A stretch of DNA of 62,926 nucleotides, the filler included, from Basidiobolus ranarum (taxonomy: Eukaryota), in the NCBI GenBank assembly GCA_040143965.1. It is 46 parts of 46 records of this genome, joined end to end, with 100 filler letters (N's around TTAATTAATTAA, not from the genome) between each part and the next. Parts side by side here need not be neighbours in the genome. Positions count along the whole stretch, not along the records: positions 24,715 to 25,985 come from JASJQH010012623.1; positions 26,086 to 27,356 come from JASJQH010012624.1; positions 27,457 to 28,726 come from JASJQH010012625.1; positions 28,827 to 30,096 come from JASJQH010012626.1; positions 30,197 to 31,466 come from JASJQH010012627.1; positions 31,567 to 32,836 come from JASJQH010012628.1; positions 32,937 to 34,206 come from JASJQH010012629.1; positions 34,307 to 35,576 come from JASJQH010012630.1; 38 more parts are not named here. One strand, given 5' to 3'. Numbering within the stretch: the stretch's first letter is position 1; the number at the start of each line of letters is the position of its first letter. The position numbers were made by a program, and so were the translations under genes. Below the pieces are notes generated by a model, which had not been told where the DNA came from, ran no database searches, and saw nothing but the letters and a program-made list of their open reading frames with translations. This document shows positions 24,987 through 37,767 of the stretch, in pieces.

Positions 24987-25453
24987 TCAATATCCACTAA
25001 TGTTTATTTTGGAATAATAGCATAATATATCTGAATGAAATCTTCAGAAATAAAGAATTTGAACACATACTTAATTTCGTGTGCCAATAGTTTTCTATGT
25101 AAAGCTTTTAAGCACCATTCACTTTTAGATAGTAATGGTCTCCTTTTTCGCGCTATACATCACTTTTAACTGATCTTAATGTCGATATAGTGTATATATC
25201 TTAACCTACTTAGTAGTGATTTTATTGATGCAATCTCACCAAACATAAAAAGCTCTGGTTGTGTATAATTCCCATATCAAACCACCGTATGTTGACCAAA
25301 AGAAGAGGTACGAAACTCGCAAAAACGGTGTAACGTAAAACAGTCAATAATGTAGATCACTGGTAGTTTTAATATTCAATTTTATTAATGTAATGTTAAC
25401 CTTTTAAAATTAAATAAATCTGATAACAAAATTGATACTGGGTACAATCCGTA

Positions 25454-25985
25454 TTAACGGCGTGCAATGGTTGCTGTGATAAAACCGGATGGGTCACTGA
25501 CAGGTTGGAAAATGCTCATATCCTTGCCTTCATTGGCTAGGTTGAAGGGTTTGAGGTTGACATTGAAATAGTGCTTGTTGGGGAGTGCATAGCTGATCTC
25601 ACTAACATCTACGTGCTGAGCCAACACACTCTCTCCCATCTTATACATGGTGGCTTGTACTGAGGCCGAATCATCGGTAGCAAAGGTACTAAGGGTGATC
25701 TCACGAACACCAGAAGCAATCTCATCAAATGGAATAGACTCAATCTTGGACTTGTCTAAGCTGTAGGTCCACTTAGCATCGACACTGGTGGAGAAGATAC
25801 GATCGTGAGCATCTTGAAGGGTAGTGTATTCACAACGATGGAAGTTGGTGAAGTTTGAGCCAGTGGACTTGAGAACAAGAAGATCCTTAAGGCGAGACTC
25901 GATGGTGACATTACCACTGCGAGAGACAAGCAACTCAACGCGTCTAGTTTCTTCACCATCACGGAAGAAGGAATGAGGGTGAAGC
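25454..25985 (-). CDS. Uricase (urate oxidase) paralogue B, 3' half
   Basis: HPHSFFRDGEETR, LLVLKSTGSNF, DRIFSTSV, SASVQATMY, LPNKHYF, SDPSGFI. Confidence 0.95.
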
Positions 25986-26085
25986 NNNNNNNNNNNNNNN
26001 NNNNNNNNNNNNNNNNNNNNNNNNNNNNNTTAATTAATTAANNNNNNNNNNNNNNNNNNNNNNNNNNNNNNNNNNNNNNNNNNNN

Positions 26086-27356
26086 CAAAGAGACTAGGGA
26101 TTTCAAAGGTGACAAATTAGTATTCAAGTGGTAATTGTGTAAAATTTGAGTATGTTTTTTGCACATGTGTTGATCCATAGTTCTCTGAGATTTTAGCCAA
26201 TCATGTGCATCTATTTTGCAAGATCTTGAAATTTCACTCCTGAAACTGAAAAAATTGATTAGAATCAAATCTAACTTGACAAATTTATGATGGTAAGTAA
26301 ATGGTCAATCCCAAATGGATTAAAATTGTGATGGTTTCCCTACAATAACAATCCTCAAATTTCTGTTAGGGTGTTGTTGTTGAGTTATATCTAATCAGTC
26401 AAGTATGTGCATATGTCAAGACTAAACACAACAAGATTCTTGTATTTTTTTATTCTCACTATGGCTGGAAAACAAAGCCTAAAATATCTAAATAAAGGCA
26501 TACATATTAATTCAAATTCCTACAGCAGTAAACCCAGCATTTTGCCATTTGAAAATTATATTTTTGCAAAAATTGCAAGATATTGAATAATGCATGCCAA
26601 ATTTGAAGATTAATATTTTAACATGTATGAATACTGTCAAAATACCATCAAAAAACTGCCGTCACACCATCAAAATCCCTGGCAGAATGCAAGCCACCAA
26701 TATTGTGATTGTTATTTTACAGTTTTGCTCTTTTGGTGGGTGGATCCTATCCAGATCAAATCAATTTTAGTTTTGTTAGGGAGTATGAAGGAAAAAACAC
26801 AGTGGATATATGCAGAAAGTGGCTTCAGAAGAAGAACATTCAACTTGACATTCAGTCTGGTATTGACCATGCAGATATCTGGGAAGAACTTAATACAGAG
26901 TGGCATAATGTTAGAGGGCATCCACCAGATAGCTAGAAGAATGTTGATTCAGCAACATTAATACAATGGTGAGCTTTGATGGAGATATTGATACAAACTT
27001 GTATTGAGTATGAGCTAAACCTTTGGTATGAAGAGCTGTATAAAAATATTCAGGAAAATATAGCAAAGAAACCAGGGATTTTGAAGGTGACAAATTAGCA
27101 TTTGAGTGGTCAATGTATAAAGTTGGGTTATGTTTTTTGCACATGTATTGATCCATAGTTCTCTGAGATTGTAGCCAATCATGTGCAACTTTTTTGCAAG
27201 ATCTTGAAATTTCACTCCTGAAACTGAAAAAATTGATTAAAATTATATCTAAGTTGATGATTTTATGATGGTAGGTAAATTGTCAATCCCAAATGGATTA
27301 AAATTGTGATAGTTTTCTTATGGTAACAATCCTTGAATATATGTTAGAGTTCCTTA
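26086..27356. mobile_element. Three nested CACTA pieces: left end (to 26371), right end (to 26781), ORF2 stop plus left end (to ~27349)
   Basis: TTAGGG junctions at 26371 and 26781. Confidence 0.85.
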
Positions 27357-27456
27357 NNNNNNNNNNNNNNNNNNNNNNNNNNNNNNNNNNNNNNNNNNNN
27401 TTAATTAATTAANNNNNNNNNNNNNNNNNNNNNNNNNNNNNNNNNNNNNNNNNNNN

Positions 27457-28656
27457 TAGAATTTTGTATCAAACTTGTTGAGCATCTGCTTTTGATATAG
27501 ACTGCAGTGGAGACAGATTCAGCTCAATATTGGTATTCTAACTTTTGTTCATGTAACATTGATCTTGTGATCTCCACTATGGTCCTATTAGCACATCTTT
27601 CAACTCCATTTTGCTGTGGAGTATAAGGTACAGCAGTGTGTTGCTTAATACCATGATTAGAGCAAAAACTACCAAAGTCTTTAGAGCAGTATTCTCCTCC
27701 ATTATCACTGCTTAGTACCCTCATTTTTTGTGCTGATTCTTTCACTACCATTGTTTTGTAATGCTTGAATGTAGCTAAGGCTGCAAATTTTGATTTGGGG
27801 AAGAATACCCAAGTATATCTTGTTTTATCATCAACTAGGGTAACAAAGTAGCTTTTCCCACCAGTTAGAAGTTTTAGATGGGTCCACATTGGTCAGAGAG
27901 AATCAGGGCAAAGTTCTGAGCAGATTTCATATGTCCAGAGCTTGAAAATGGCCATCTGTGATGTATTCCTTATATGCTACCTTCACACATATCTAATATG
28001 GTGCAATTTAAAAAAGCTGATTTTGGATTATTTGGGTCTGTTTTTGTTCCCCAATGTGGCCCAATCTTCCAGGCCACATTTAACAGCTTATTTCACTGGT
28101 TTTTGCCAAGCTTGAATGCCCTCAATGTAATTTGTTGATTCCTTGCTTGTATAAGATTTGAGTTTTGACTCAAGTAGATAATTTGGTAGTATCCTGATCT
28201 TCTATAGTGTATTCAGGCTAGTTGTATTTAAGTATTTGGGAGCCAGTTGGAAGTGATTTGGAGAATTAGAGGAATTGATGGTTTTCACTTGTTCATTTAT
28301 TGAGCAGGAAGTTGACATTTAGAGTTTTATCAAGATGTAAACAAACTGACGTGTAGAAAATGTTAAGGAAGGTCCCAGGAACAGGTGTGGAAATTTGGGG
28401 CTTCTAGCACAAGTTTGAAAAATCTATATATCTGAGAACATCTAAGTTGGTAAAAATATCAAAGTAAATTCCAATTGAGATTAATTGATAATATCTTAGT
28501 GAATTATAAGATAACTAAGTAGTAAGCTATATATGACTATATAGGTGTTTGGGCAATGCTAATTTCAACACTCTCCCTCAACTAAATAGTTGTATAAACT
28601 AATCCCAATAAAGGTCTAAATTTCTCAAATTTGTGTCGAGCTAATGGTTTGGTTAA
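27457..28656 (-). mobile_element. Copia integrase (27457-28200) with an inserted copia 3' end: LTR family B 28223-28570, PPT 28571-28583, RNase H tail
   Basis: SDNGGEY, PYTPQQNGV; AGTTGAGGGAGAG-TGTTG; LTKPLARHKFEKFR. Confidence 0.85.
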
Positions 28657-28726
28657 TAGCCTTGTTCCATTTTATTGAGCCAGATCTGGCCAGCTAAAAA
28701 GTGTGCCAGCACAAATTGGCTTGATT
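28657..28726 (+). mobile_element. Left end of unclassified TIR element (TAGaCTTGTTCCATT)
   Basis: Same end at 55870; inverted ends at ~5525 and 62173. Confidence 0.65.
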
Positions 28727-30196
28727 NNNNNNNNNNNNNNNNNNNNNNNNNNNNNNNNNNNNNNNNNNNNTTAATTAATTAANNNNNNNNNNNNNNNNNN
28801 NNNNNNNNNNNNNNNNNNNNNNNNNNCAAACTACTTCAACAAAATGTATATTCAGCAGTATTATGTGACTATTTGCCACGTATTTATTGACATCTATATT
28901 GCATCATATATATATTTGAATTAGTTATGAGCAACAGTCCAGCATCGTAAGTTTAAACGTAATAGTTGGTAAAAAAAACTACAAATGCGATGATATCTAC
29001 TTGAAATAATTTCCATCAAGATTTTCACATTGTATTGACTTCACGTAATTCATTTGAAAATCCCTTCATCTTCGAATCCTATTTCGTAAGCTACAAATGA
29101 CCACAATCTACAGAAGGCTGTAAGTTTTATCTCTAACTCCTGTTTTGGGTTTCTTAGCTATACTTCATAATAGTTAAATTTCCATAGGCTTGCTATTAGC
29201 GATTTTGGCTGGTGTTACTAATACCAGTTACTATTTTAAGAGCTACTGGGATTTGGCGCCTTCGGGTGTGACCTCTACGGGGTTGGTCCTTCGGCAGTCG
29301 GGCTCTACGACCTCGTGTAGTAGTATTTCTTGATTACCCCTCAAACATCAATGATCATATCCTGGATTTATGACCACTTTCAAACTTTTATCATTTTCAT
29401 CAAACGACTTCTTTCCTGCTTGTGCCTCTCCCCTCTCATAGCTCCCACTCCGACCACTCCAAAGAGGGGGATGCAAGGTTAGATATAAATTAGGCTGGAA
29501 TGCTTCGGAACTAGCTGATGTCCTTGTATAAGTAGTACGCGAGAATGCCTAATTCTCCAAATTCACATGTAACTACTGCGAATCACTATAAAAGTTATCG
29601 TTACTATGTAAGTTAATTTAGCACTAGACCTATAACAGGAAACTTTAACAGGGCGGAATGTATATGTTAGGGTTAAGAAAAATCAACAATTCCAACTTTC
29701 AAATGTTGTAGGTAACATCTCCTCACAAATATGTATAGAATGGTGCATATTCGGGTCGGGCCTAGTATCCGTATCTTCATTCTACTAAAGCACATAACGT
29801 TTTCATGTGCAACAATTATTGGCTACAACTAGCATTAAGGACTCACTTACATGGTTAGTAAGTCTTTATGCTTAGTGACAATTTCACATGTGTAAATCAT
29901 ATTACCGATAACTTTGGAAGATTTCATGTGATTCCATGGGTGATTATAATTACTAATAAAGGAGAATAATTTCGTATTTGATACCTAACATTTATACTAA
30001 AGCTGCCAAATATATATGTATATATTCCTCATCTTCCATCCAAGTTCCGATCTATAGTGAGTAGGAAGCTGGCAGTAGGAGCGAAAGCAAATTGTANNNN
30101 NNNNNNNNNNNNNNNNNNNNNNNNNNNNNNNNNNNNNNNNTTAATTAATTAANNNNNNNNNNNNNNNNNNNNNNNNNNNNNNNNNNNNNNNNNNNN

Positions 30197-31466
30197 GAGC
30201 GTATGGTGATAACAAACACCTTGTATGGAAAGCACTTAAAAGAGAGTCTAGGTAGTACTAAAGACTAGTGACAAGCGATTAAGGGTATGATGCCAAGAAA
30301 TGACCGGTATGGAAAACACTTAAAGTAGAGTCCACGAGCAGCTAAAGACCGCTGATAAATGCCAAAGGCGCTAAATAGTATTGACAAATGATGAAGGGTA
30401 TGGTGATAGCAAATGTCGGGTACGGGATACACTAATAGCGAAGTCTACTAAGAGCTAGAGACTGCTGAGAAAAGACAAAGGGTATGGTGATAACAAACGC
30501 CCGGTATGGGAAACACTTAGAGGAGAGTCTATGAAGTGCTAAAGATGACTGACGAATGACGAACAGTGAGGTGATAATAAATGTGGGGTGTGGGAGAACA
30601 CTTAACGGAAAGTCTACTAAGTCCAAAGACTGCTTACAAGTGACAAAGGGTATGGTGATAACAAACAGCTGGTATGTGAAACACTGAAAGGAGAAGCTAT
30701 GAAGTGGTATAAACTACTTGGAAACGATGAAAGTTATGGTAAGGGTATGGTGCCAAGGAATGAGTGATATGGGAAATACTTAAAGGAGAGTATACGGAGA
30801 GCGAAAAGTATGGTACTAAGAACAACGGGTATGAGAAACACTTCAAACAGAGTTTAGAAACAACTGGTATGGGAAACGCTTAAAGTTGAGTTTAAAAAGT
30901 GCTAGAGGCAACTGACATATGATAAATGATATGGGGCCGTGAAAAGATGGGTATGGAAAACACGCTAAAGATTACTGACAAGTGACAAAGGGTATGAGTC
31001 AAGAAACAAGCGGTATGGGAAACACTTAATGCAGAGTTTACGAAGTGCTAAAGACTACTGAAAAAAGCGAAGGGTTTGGTGATAACAAACAAGCGGTATG
31101 GGAAACATTTACAGGAAAGTCTAAGGCAGTGCTAAATATTACTGACAAGCGATGAAGGGTATGGTACCAAGAAATGGCCGGTATGGAAAACACTTAAAGC
31201 ACATTTTATCAAGGGCTAAATACAACTGACAAGTGATAAAGGGTACGGTGTCAAGAAACAGCGGTTAGAAAACAATTTAAGTAGATTTGTGCCAAAGACT
31301 ATTGACTGAACAATTGATAAGCGGCAAAAGGTACAGTGTCAAGAAACAGCTGGTATAGGAAACAATTAAAGTAGAGTTTATTAAGTGCTAAGGTATACTG
31401 TTAATGACGAAGAATATGCTGAGGGAAAACACTAAAGGGATAGTCTACAAAGCGCTAAAGACTACT
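30197..31466. repeat. Degenerate tandem satellite, ~82-85-bp unit
   Basis: Recurrent AAGGGTATGGTG...GGTATGGGAAACACTTAA...AGTCTA...GTGCTAAAGACTACTGACAAG; related units at 43892-44670. Confidence 0.85.
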
Positions 31467-31566
31467 NNNNNNNNNNNNNNNNNNNNNNNNNNNNNNNNNN
31501 NNNNNNNNNNTTAATTAATTAANNNNNNNNNNNNNNNNNNNNNNNNNNNNNNNNNNNNNNNNNNNN

Positions 31567-32711
31567 GTCAACCCCAAATGGATTAAAATTGTGACGGTTT
31601 TCCTACGATAACAATCCTCAAATTTCTGTTAGGGCAATTAAGGCCTCTGTTCTTTCTGGTTTCTTTCCTTTTGTGCCAGCAGGCTTAGTATGAAGACAAT
31701 GGTTTTGTTATGGACTCTTTGTTATCAGCAAACATTTGTCAACTCATAGCACTTACTGTAAAGGAAGCAGCTTTGATTATTGAGGAGTTGAGATTTCAAT
31801 CTAATCTTAGCAACCAGGTGTTTATTGATTTTCTTACACTTTTACCACAGTTGATTGGCAACTGTTGCTTGCCACCGACCTGGTACAAGTGGAAAGCACT
31901 TGTCAATTATATGACTTATAATCCTTCAGTATTTAATCTACCTACATCTCCAAATAGTTGTTTGGCTTTCACCGGTGATCTGAAAAACCTGAAATCATGT
32001 AGTGTTTGCACACAATTGGGAATTACTGAATCAGGTAAATGTTGTTCTTATTTGGCTTACATACCATTGATTCCCCATCTTAAAGTTTTGATGGAATCAC
32101 CCAAATATAGATCATTGATCCAATACCAAAGTACTCACCGTAAAGTTGATGGTATTAGCAATATACTTCATGGATATCACTACCAGAATCTGAAAAGTCA
32201 AGGTTTCTTTGAGAACACATATGATCAGGCATTTGCATTGGCTCTGGATGGTTTCTCATTAAACAAATATACCGTTTGAAAGGCTTGCTGGCCAATAATT
32301 TTAGTCAACTGAAATCTTCCTCCTTCTGAACAGTACAAGAGTCATAATATTTTGATACTATCCATCATATCTGGACCTATATCACCAGTGCTTATAGATA
32401 GCTTCTTGGAGCCTTTGATTGTAGAATTTGAACAGTTATCTAATGGGGTTCAGATGGGTGAATATTTTATTAAAGCTAATATCATTGTATGTATTGGTGA
32501 CACTCCTGTCATGACTAAATTTGGAGGTTTTTGCCAGCACAATGCACTCTCTTGCTGTAGATTTTGTCAGATCAATGGAGTTTACTCTACAAGGCATATG
32601 CATTGCTACTCTCCAAATACAACACTAAACTTCATGATTTTACCGTCAAGAGCCCGGTCAGATTTCAACATGATCACTGATATCAATTCACCAAATAGTC
32701 AGTCTAACATC
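31567..32711 (+). mobile_element. CACTA left end (to 31634) then transposase Tnp2 (Transposase_21-type) core
   Basis: SPNSCLAFTGDLKNLKSCSVC, YIPLIPHLK, ALDGF, WPIILVN.NLPP, ISGP.SP..IDSFLEPL. Confidence 0.9.
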
Positions 32712-32936
32712 TTATAAATTTCATAGTAAGTATAAAATTATGGATTGAATTTGATTCTAATTGCGAACAATTTCAATTTGTTGAAGAATGGTCTAGAATC
32801 AGTAGTTTTTGTCATGTACAATTAGGTATAGATGGANNNNNNNNNNNNNNNNNNNNNNNNNNNNNNNNNNNNNNNNNNNNTTAATTAATTAANNNNNNNN
32901 NNNNNNNNNNNNNNNNNNNNNNNNNNNNNNNNNNNN

Positions 32937-33390
32937 GATGGTTCTTGGTCAAGTTCTTATTGTCAACTTTGGTGGAGTAGCATTCAATACTATTAGAATC
33001 GGCTGGCTCTACTGGGTAATTTCTGTAGTAATCGGAATGCTTTCTATACCAATAGGTGCATTTATCCGCTTAGTTCCCAACTCTATCTTTGGAGTATCAT
33101 CTGATGAGACGGATTTGGAAAATACTGGACTTCGCCAATGGAACTCACCGTCAAAGCATGTTAGAGACGAACTATCACTAGTTAAGTCTCTTCGTGGAGG
33201 GCGACTTCGTACTGTAAGGCGTAGTCAACACAACCAGGTATTTGCTGCTGCGGTATTTCCCAGTCTAGTGGCCACTGTAGTAGGAGGAGGAAATGCTACC
33301 GAGAATGCTCTTCCATCTGATATGAACGAATCCATGTTCTTTCAGTTTCTTGATGAGCATCAGTCACCAAAAGAGCAAATTCAATCATAA
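32937..33390 (+). CDS. PMC1: P2B-type Ca2+-transporting ATPase (Pmc1/PMCA), C-terminus
   Basis: QVLIVNFGGVAF...W..SVVIGMLSIPIGAFIRLVP...SLRGGRL. Confidence 0.85.
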
Positions 33391-34049
33391 TTAGAAGCTC
33401 TATAGTAGTGCTTTACTGTTACTACGTGAATCAATTTTGATACAATAGGATTTTTCTCTGTTATTCATTCACCTGATACGTTCACATGGTTCCCAATATT
33501 CTGATCTCTCCAGTAACATAGCTCTATCTTTGCATGCAAAAGCCTTCACAGTTATACCAGTGAAATGTATAATTACTGAACTACTTTCACAACCATACTT
33601 TTATTATCAATCTTGATGTTGTAACGTTTATGATTTTTATATTGTTTAATTCCTCGCTTTTTATCATACATCTAATACATCACCCAATGAACCGTCGTTA
33701 TGTTCGAGGTTGATTACGCCATCTAGTACTTGCATTTCATCTGCTCTTCTTTGTAATCTTTATGCCTCGACTTGCTACACGGTCCCCTATGCATTATACA
33801 CTAGCAGTAGACTGCTCACTTGGACCCGTTCAGATTTGATTCGGATTAATGTTTTTATTTGGCTACTAGATTAATGTTACTCATATATAAATATTGCTTT
33901 ACTCTATGATAAAATAATGTTAACGGGGGTGAGGTGAGGACTATTCAATTCGGCGTAGAGTGAAGCACATGCTGTAGGTGTACTTTGAAAGGCAACAAAT
34001 TTAAATAAATTCAATGAAACCAATTGAGATTCATGTCAGAAATGAACTG

Positions 34050-34206
34050 TATATGTAAAAGTATTTGGGGTTTCTAGCACAAGTTTGAAAAATCGATATA
34101 TCTGAGAACTTCTAAGTTGGTGTCAATATTCTAAGTAAATTCCGATTGAGAATAATTGATAATATCTTAGTGAATTATAAGATAACTAAGTACTAAGCTA
34201 TATATG
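34050..34206 (-). mobile_element. LTR family B fragment (also 52098-52345)
   Basis: Matches 28390-28536. Confidence 0.7.
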
Positions 34207-34306
34207 NNNNNNNNNNNNNNNNNNNNNNNNNNNNNNNNNNNNNNNNNNNNTTAATTAATTAANNNNNNNNNNNNNNNNNNNNNNNNNNNNNNNNNNNNNN
34301 NNNNNN

Positions 34307-35576
34307 GTTTCCGGAAGCGCCGAGAGTCTCCAGCTGTACTCGGAGGTTTTCGTTTTCTAGAATAGTGGAGAGTATATTAGTTATTTTTCACAAAGCGTAC
34401 GCATGGCAATACTAACCTGGGTCGAGCGCAAAAGCCTTGGTGAACATCTCCACTCCCATATCGTAACTTTGCTCAGCTTCGTCATCCTCTTCAGCGAGAG
34501 TGCTCTTGAAGATATAAGCTTGGCCGAGCTAAAAATTGTATAGACAATTTCAGTAAAAGCAGAATGCAGCATTCAAAAGATCGACCGAGACTTACCAATT
34601 CTAGGTGATTGGCAGACATGGAATGATTACCGCTCTCAGAGTCGTTGGAGAACATTTGATTAACTTCTGACAAATGACTAATGGCCTCGTTCAAATTTTC
34701 CTTCGGAAATAAAATTGATGAGTCTTCTTTCAAATTGGAATAATGATATTTTCTTGGCATACTTGGATTTTACTGAGGTTAGCTTCCACTTCCTGATCCA
34801 AAGATCTAGCTATGTTTAATGCACACGATCCCCATAAACTGTGGGCAAAAAGATTCTTGTCGAAGAACTCAGCATTGATTTTGAAAGCTTGGTTTAGCAT
34901 GCGCTTAGCATTGTTTAAAGCGGATGTGTCATGATCATTCTCAGCTGTATAGTTCCTGTCAACTGAGCAATATTCGAGAATAACATTGGAAGCATCCACT
35001 AAATCCTCAGCGAGAGATTTATCTTGGGCTTTCTCTAATACATCGAGAGCCTAGAATAAATCATTAAGTATATTAGGGATGCTACAGTCCACACGGACTC
35101 ATTAAAAGATTTGAACTAACCTCGTTGAAGTGTTCGAAGGCTTTGGTGTATGCTTTCTTCTCATCAGAAGGGATATCTCTGATGTTATCTTCCTCTTCAG
35201 AATCTGAATCATTCTGGGTTGAAATACTCTCTTTTTCGCGTAAAATTTTAGCCTACAAGAGTAAAAATAAATTCTTAGAATGACAATATCTCGAGTTGGA
35301 CATGCAGGAATTAACACCTACAGTGGATAAGAAGGCATCACCTAAACCTAATAGGCCCTTTGGAGAGCTCTTATTTTCTTTCAAGACTTCTAGATATTTC
35401 TCGATAGCTTTATCGATGTACTCTTGATAGGGCAGATAGTAACCAAAAGCGGTTAAACAGTTAGCATGTTGAATTTTTTCCTCCTCACTGGGGCTTGAGT
35501 TGCTTTCGCAACCTTTCAGTGATAGCTCAAACAAACGGGTAACTACACCACCACCATGTTCATTAGGTGCTTCGGT
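34307..35576 (-). CDS. Multi-exon helical-repeat protein, possibly Ett1/Nro1-like
   Basis: Spliceable GT-AG exons; LGQAYI.SSTLAEEDDEAEQSYDMGVEMFTKAFALDP resembles the Ett1/Nro1 C-terminus. Confidence 0.45.
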
Positions 35577-35676
35577 NNNNNNNNNNNNNNNNNNNNNNNN
35601 NNNNNNNNNNNNNNNNNNNNTTAATTAATTAANNNNNNNNNNNNNNNNNNNNNNNNNNNNNNNNNNNNNNNNNNNN

Positions 35677-36835
35677 CCCAACAAAAAAGACAGCAATTTG
35701 ATTGGCATTAGAACCACCCTTAGAAATTGCTATACCATGGGAGAACTGTCACAATATTGGTGGCTTGCATTCCACAGGGATCTTGATCATGTGACAGCAG
35801 CTTCTTGACAGTATCCTGATGGTATTCATAAATGTTAAGATATTGATCCTCATATTTGGCATGCATTATTTAATTTCCAGCTATTTTTGCAAAAATCTGA
35901 TCTTTGAATGGCAAATTAATAGGTTTACTCCTCTAGAAACTTGAATTAATATGTTTGCCTTGACTTAGATATTTTTGGTTTTGTATTCCAGCCATAATGA
36001 AAATCTAAAAATACAAGAATCTTTTTGTTTTTTAGTCTCTACATATGCATATGCTTGACTGATCAGACATAACTCAACAACATCAATATGCTTCACCAGC
36101 AGACTAATGGTGGAAAAATTGCCAAATATCTGAAATTTTTAATAGCACTGACCCTTAGCAAAAAGCAGACTCTTGTTACCATTCACAATGAGAATAAGCT
36201 CTTGGATTTTGCCAAATTTCCAAAAATAATTCAGTCATTATATGCCCAACTTGCAGTCAACAAATCTCCTGCCAACAGTAGATGTGTTATTGCTTGAATA
36301 AGTTACCCCATGGCTAAAAAATATTACTGAATATCTCAATATATCTCACCAAGAAGTCTGTGTTGCTGCTTTCCTAGAAATAGTGTCAGATAATTACCTA
36401 AGTAGAGTAGTCCAAATACTAGAGATACTTACTCTGAGTCCATGAATTGGGCTTTAGTGCTGTTATTGTGCTCAAACAATGCAAAAACCCATGAGCACAT
36501 TGATAAGATCCCTTTGTTGGAAGGTTAATATACTCCGGACTCTCTTTAACCCAGTGCATTGCATCCATCACTGATTTTGCTATTACATTTTAAATGAGAT
36601 TAACATACTGTAACACTGATGGTTTCACATGGTGCATCTTTCATCACAGGTGCACACCATTGGGAACTCCCAGAATGTATAGCAAGGGCCTGGAATCTCT
36701 AAGCATTGAGAAAGATGCAGCAGGGAATGTATGAATACTGTCATAGATTTGGTCCATCTTTCTTAAACCTGTAATAAAGTTTTTCAAATCCAATTACAAA
36801 ATCTTTGCAAAGTCACTTTACCTGCCTGAGATCTG
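35677..36835 (-). mobile_element. CACTA transposase 3' half and right terminus
   Basis: Homology to 23980-24614 and 7149-8070. Confidence 0.85.
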
Positions 36836-36946
36836 TGTTGTGCACCAACATACAAAGTTGTTTACTTAAGCCATATCTATACAACTTGCATGAATATCTG
36901 TTTAGTTTATCATTCTTGCTAACTAGTCACCTGACCTTATCCAGTG
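36836..36946 (+). mobile_element. LTR family D start (rest of the LTR at 57564-58289)
   Basis: TGTTGTGCAC start here and GTACACAACA end at 58289; shared CTAGTCACCTGACC. Confidence 0.6.
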
Positions 36947-37046
36947 NNNNNNNNNNNNNNNNNNNNNNNNNNNNNNNNNNNNNNNNNNNNTTAATTAATT
37001 AANNNNNNNNNNNNNNNNNNNNNNNNNNNNNNNNNNNNNNNNNNNN

Positions 37047-37555
37047 AACACCTGGTTGCTAAGATTGGATTGAACTCTCCACTCCATAATAATCAAGGCT
37101 GCTTTCTTTACTGTAAGTGATATGAATGGACTAATGTCCGCAACAAAACCATTGTCATCTTCTTCAACTTCTGATATAATACCATTGGTACTGGAATAAC
37201 CAAGGTCAACATCTAGAAGCAAGACCTCAGAGTTGTCTGGACTTACTGGTTCAACCAAAGTTGCATTTTGATCTACATCATTCTGGTCATAAAACTGTGG
37301 TACCTCCATGGTATCTTGACTTTTGGCAGTGTTATCAAAACTTTGAGGCAAACTACAATCCGTGGAGTTAATAGGCAAAACTAAAGTTGATTTAGTGCAC
37401 TTATTACTGTTGTTATACACCCAGCTTTGTGCAGCTGGTGGCTTTGTACAGTGACCATGCTTGTGATTATTTTTTCTATGAAGCCTCCGGCTTTCATAGC
37501 ACAAGAATTTGTGACAATAATAGCAGGCCTTCTTTAAATGTTTGTATTGCAACAT
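37047..37555 (-). mobile_element. CACTA transposase N-terminus with Cys/His motif
   Basis: MLQYKHLKKACYYCHKFLC...H; overlaps 31690-31820 and 50150-50630. Confidence 0.8.
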
Positions 37556-37767
37556 GAGTGGGATATTGTAGAAAAAGGAACACCTCCCAAGTAAGGGTGG
37601 TATTTTAGGTATAGCCCATCAACATCATCAACTGATTCTGAGACAGTGTCACAGATGAGTCATCAGGGGATTTACAAGATATTTCTGGTATTGGATGGCA
37701 ATTTTGGTTTATTATAAGCTGTTTCTAAGCAATTTCATTACACCAAGTTTACCATCTGAAAATTTCA

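Noticed and set aside
29666-29675. TAACCCTAAC on the minus strand as a telomerase RNA template
   Set aside because: A single 10-mer can occur by chance and I found no convincing pseudoknot; would need covariance evidence
30197-31466. Satellite as a CRISPR-like array or coding repeat
   Set aside because: Whole units are homologous with no unique spacers, unit length is not a constant multiple of 3, and stops are frequent
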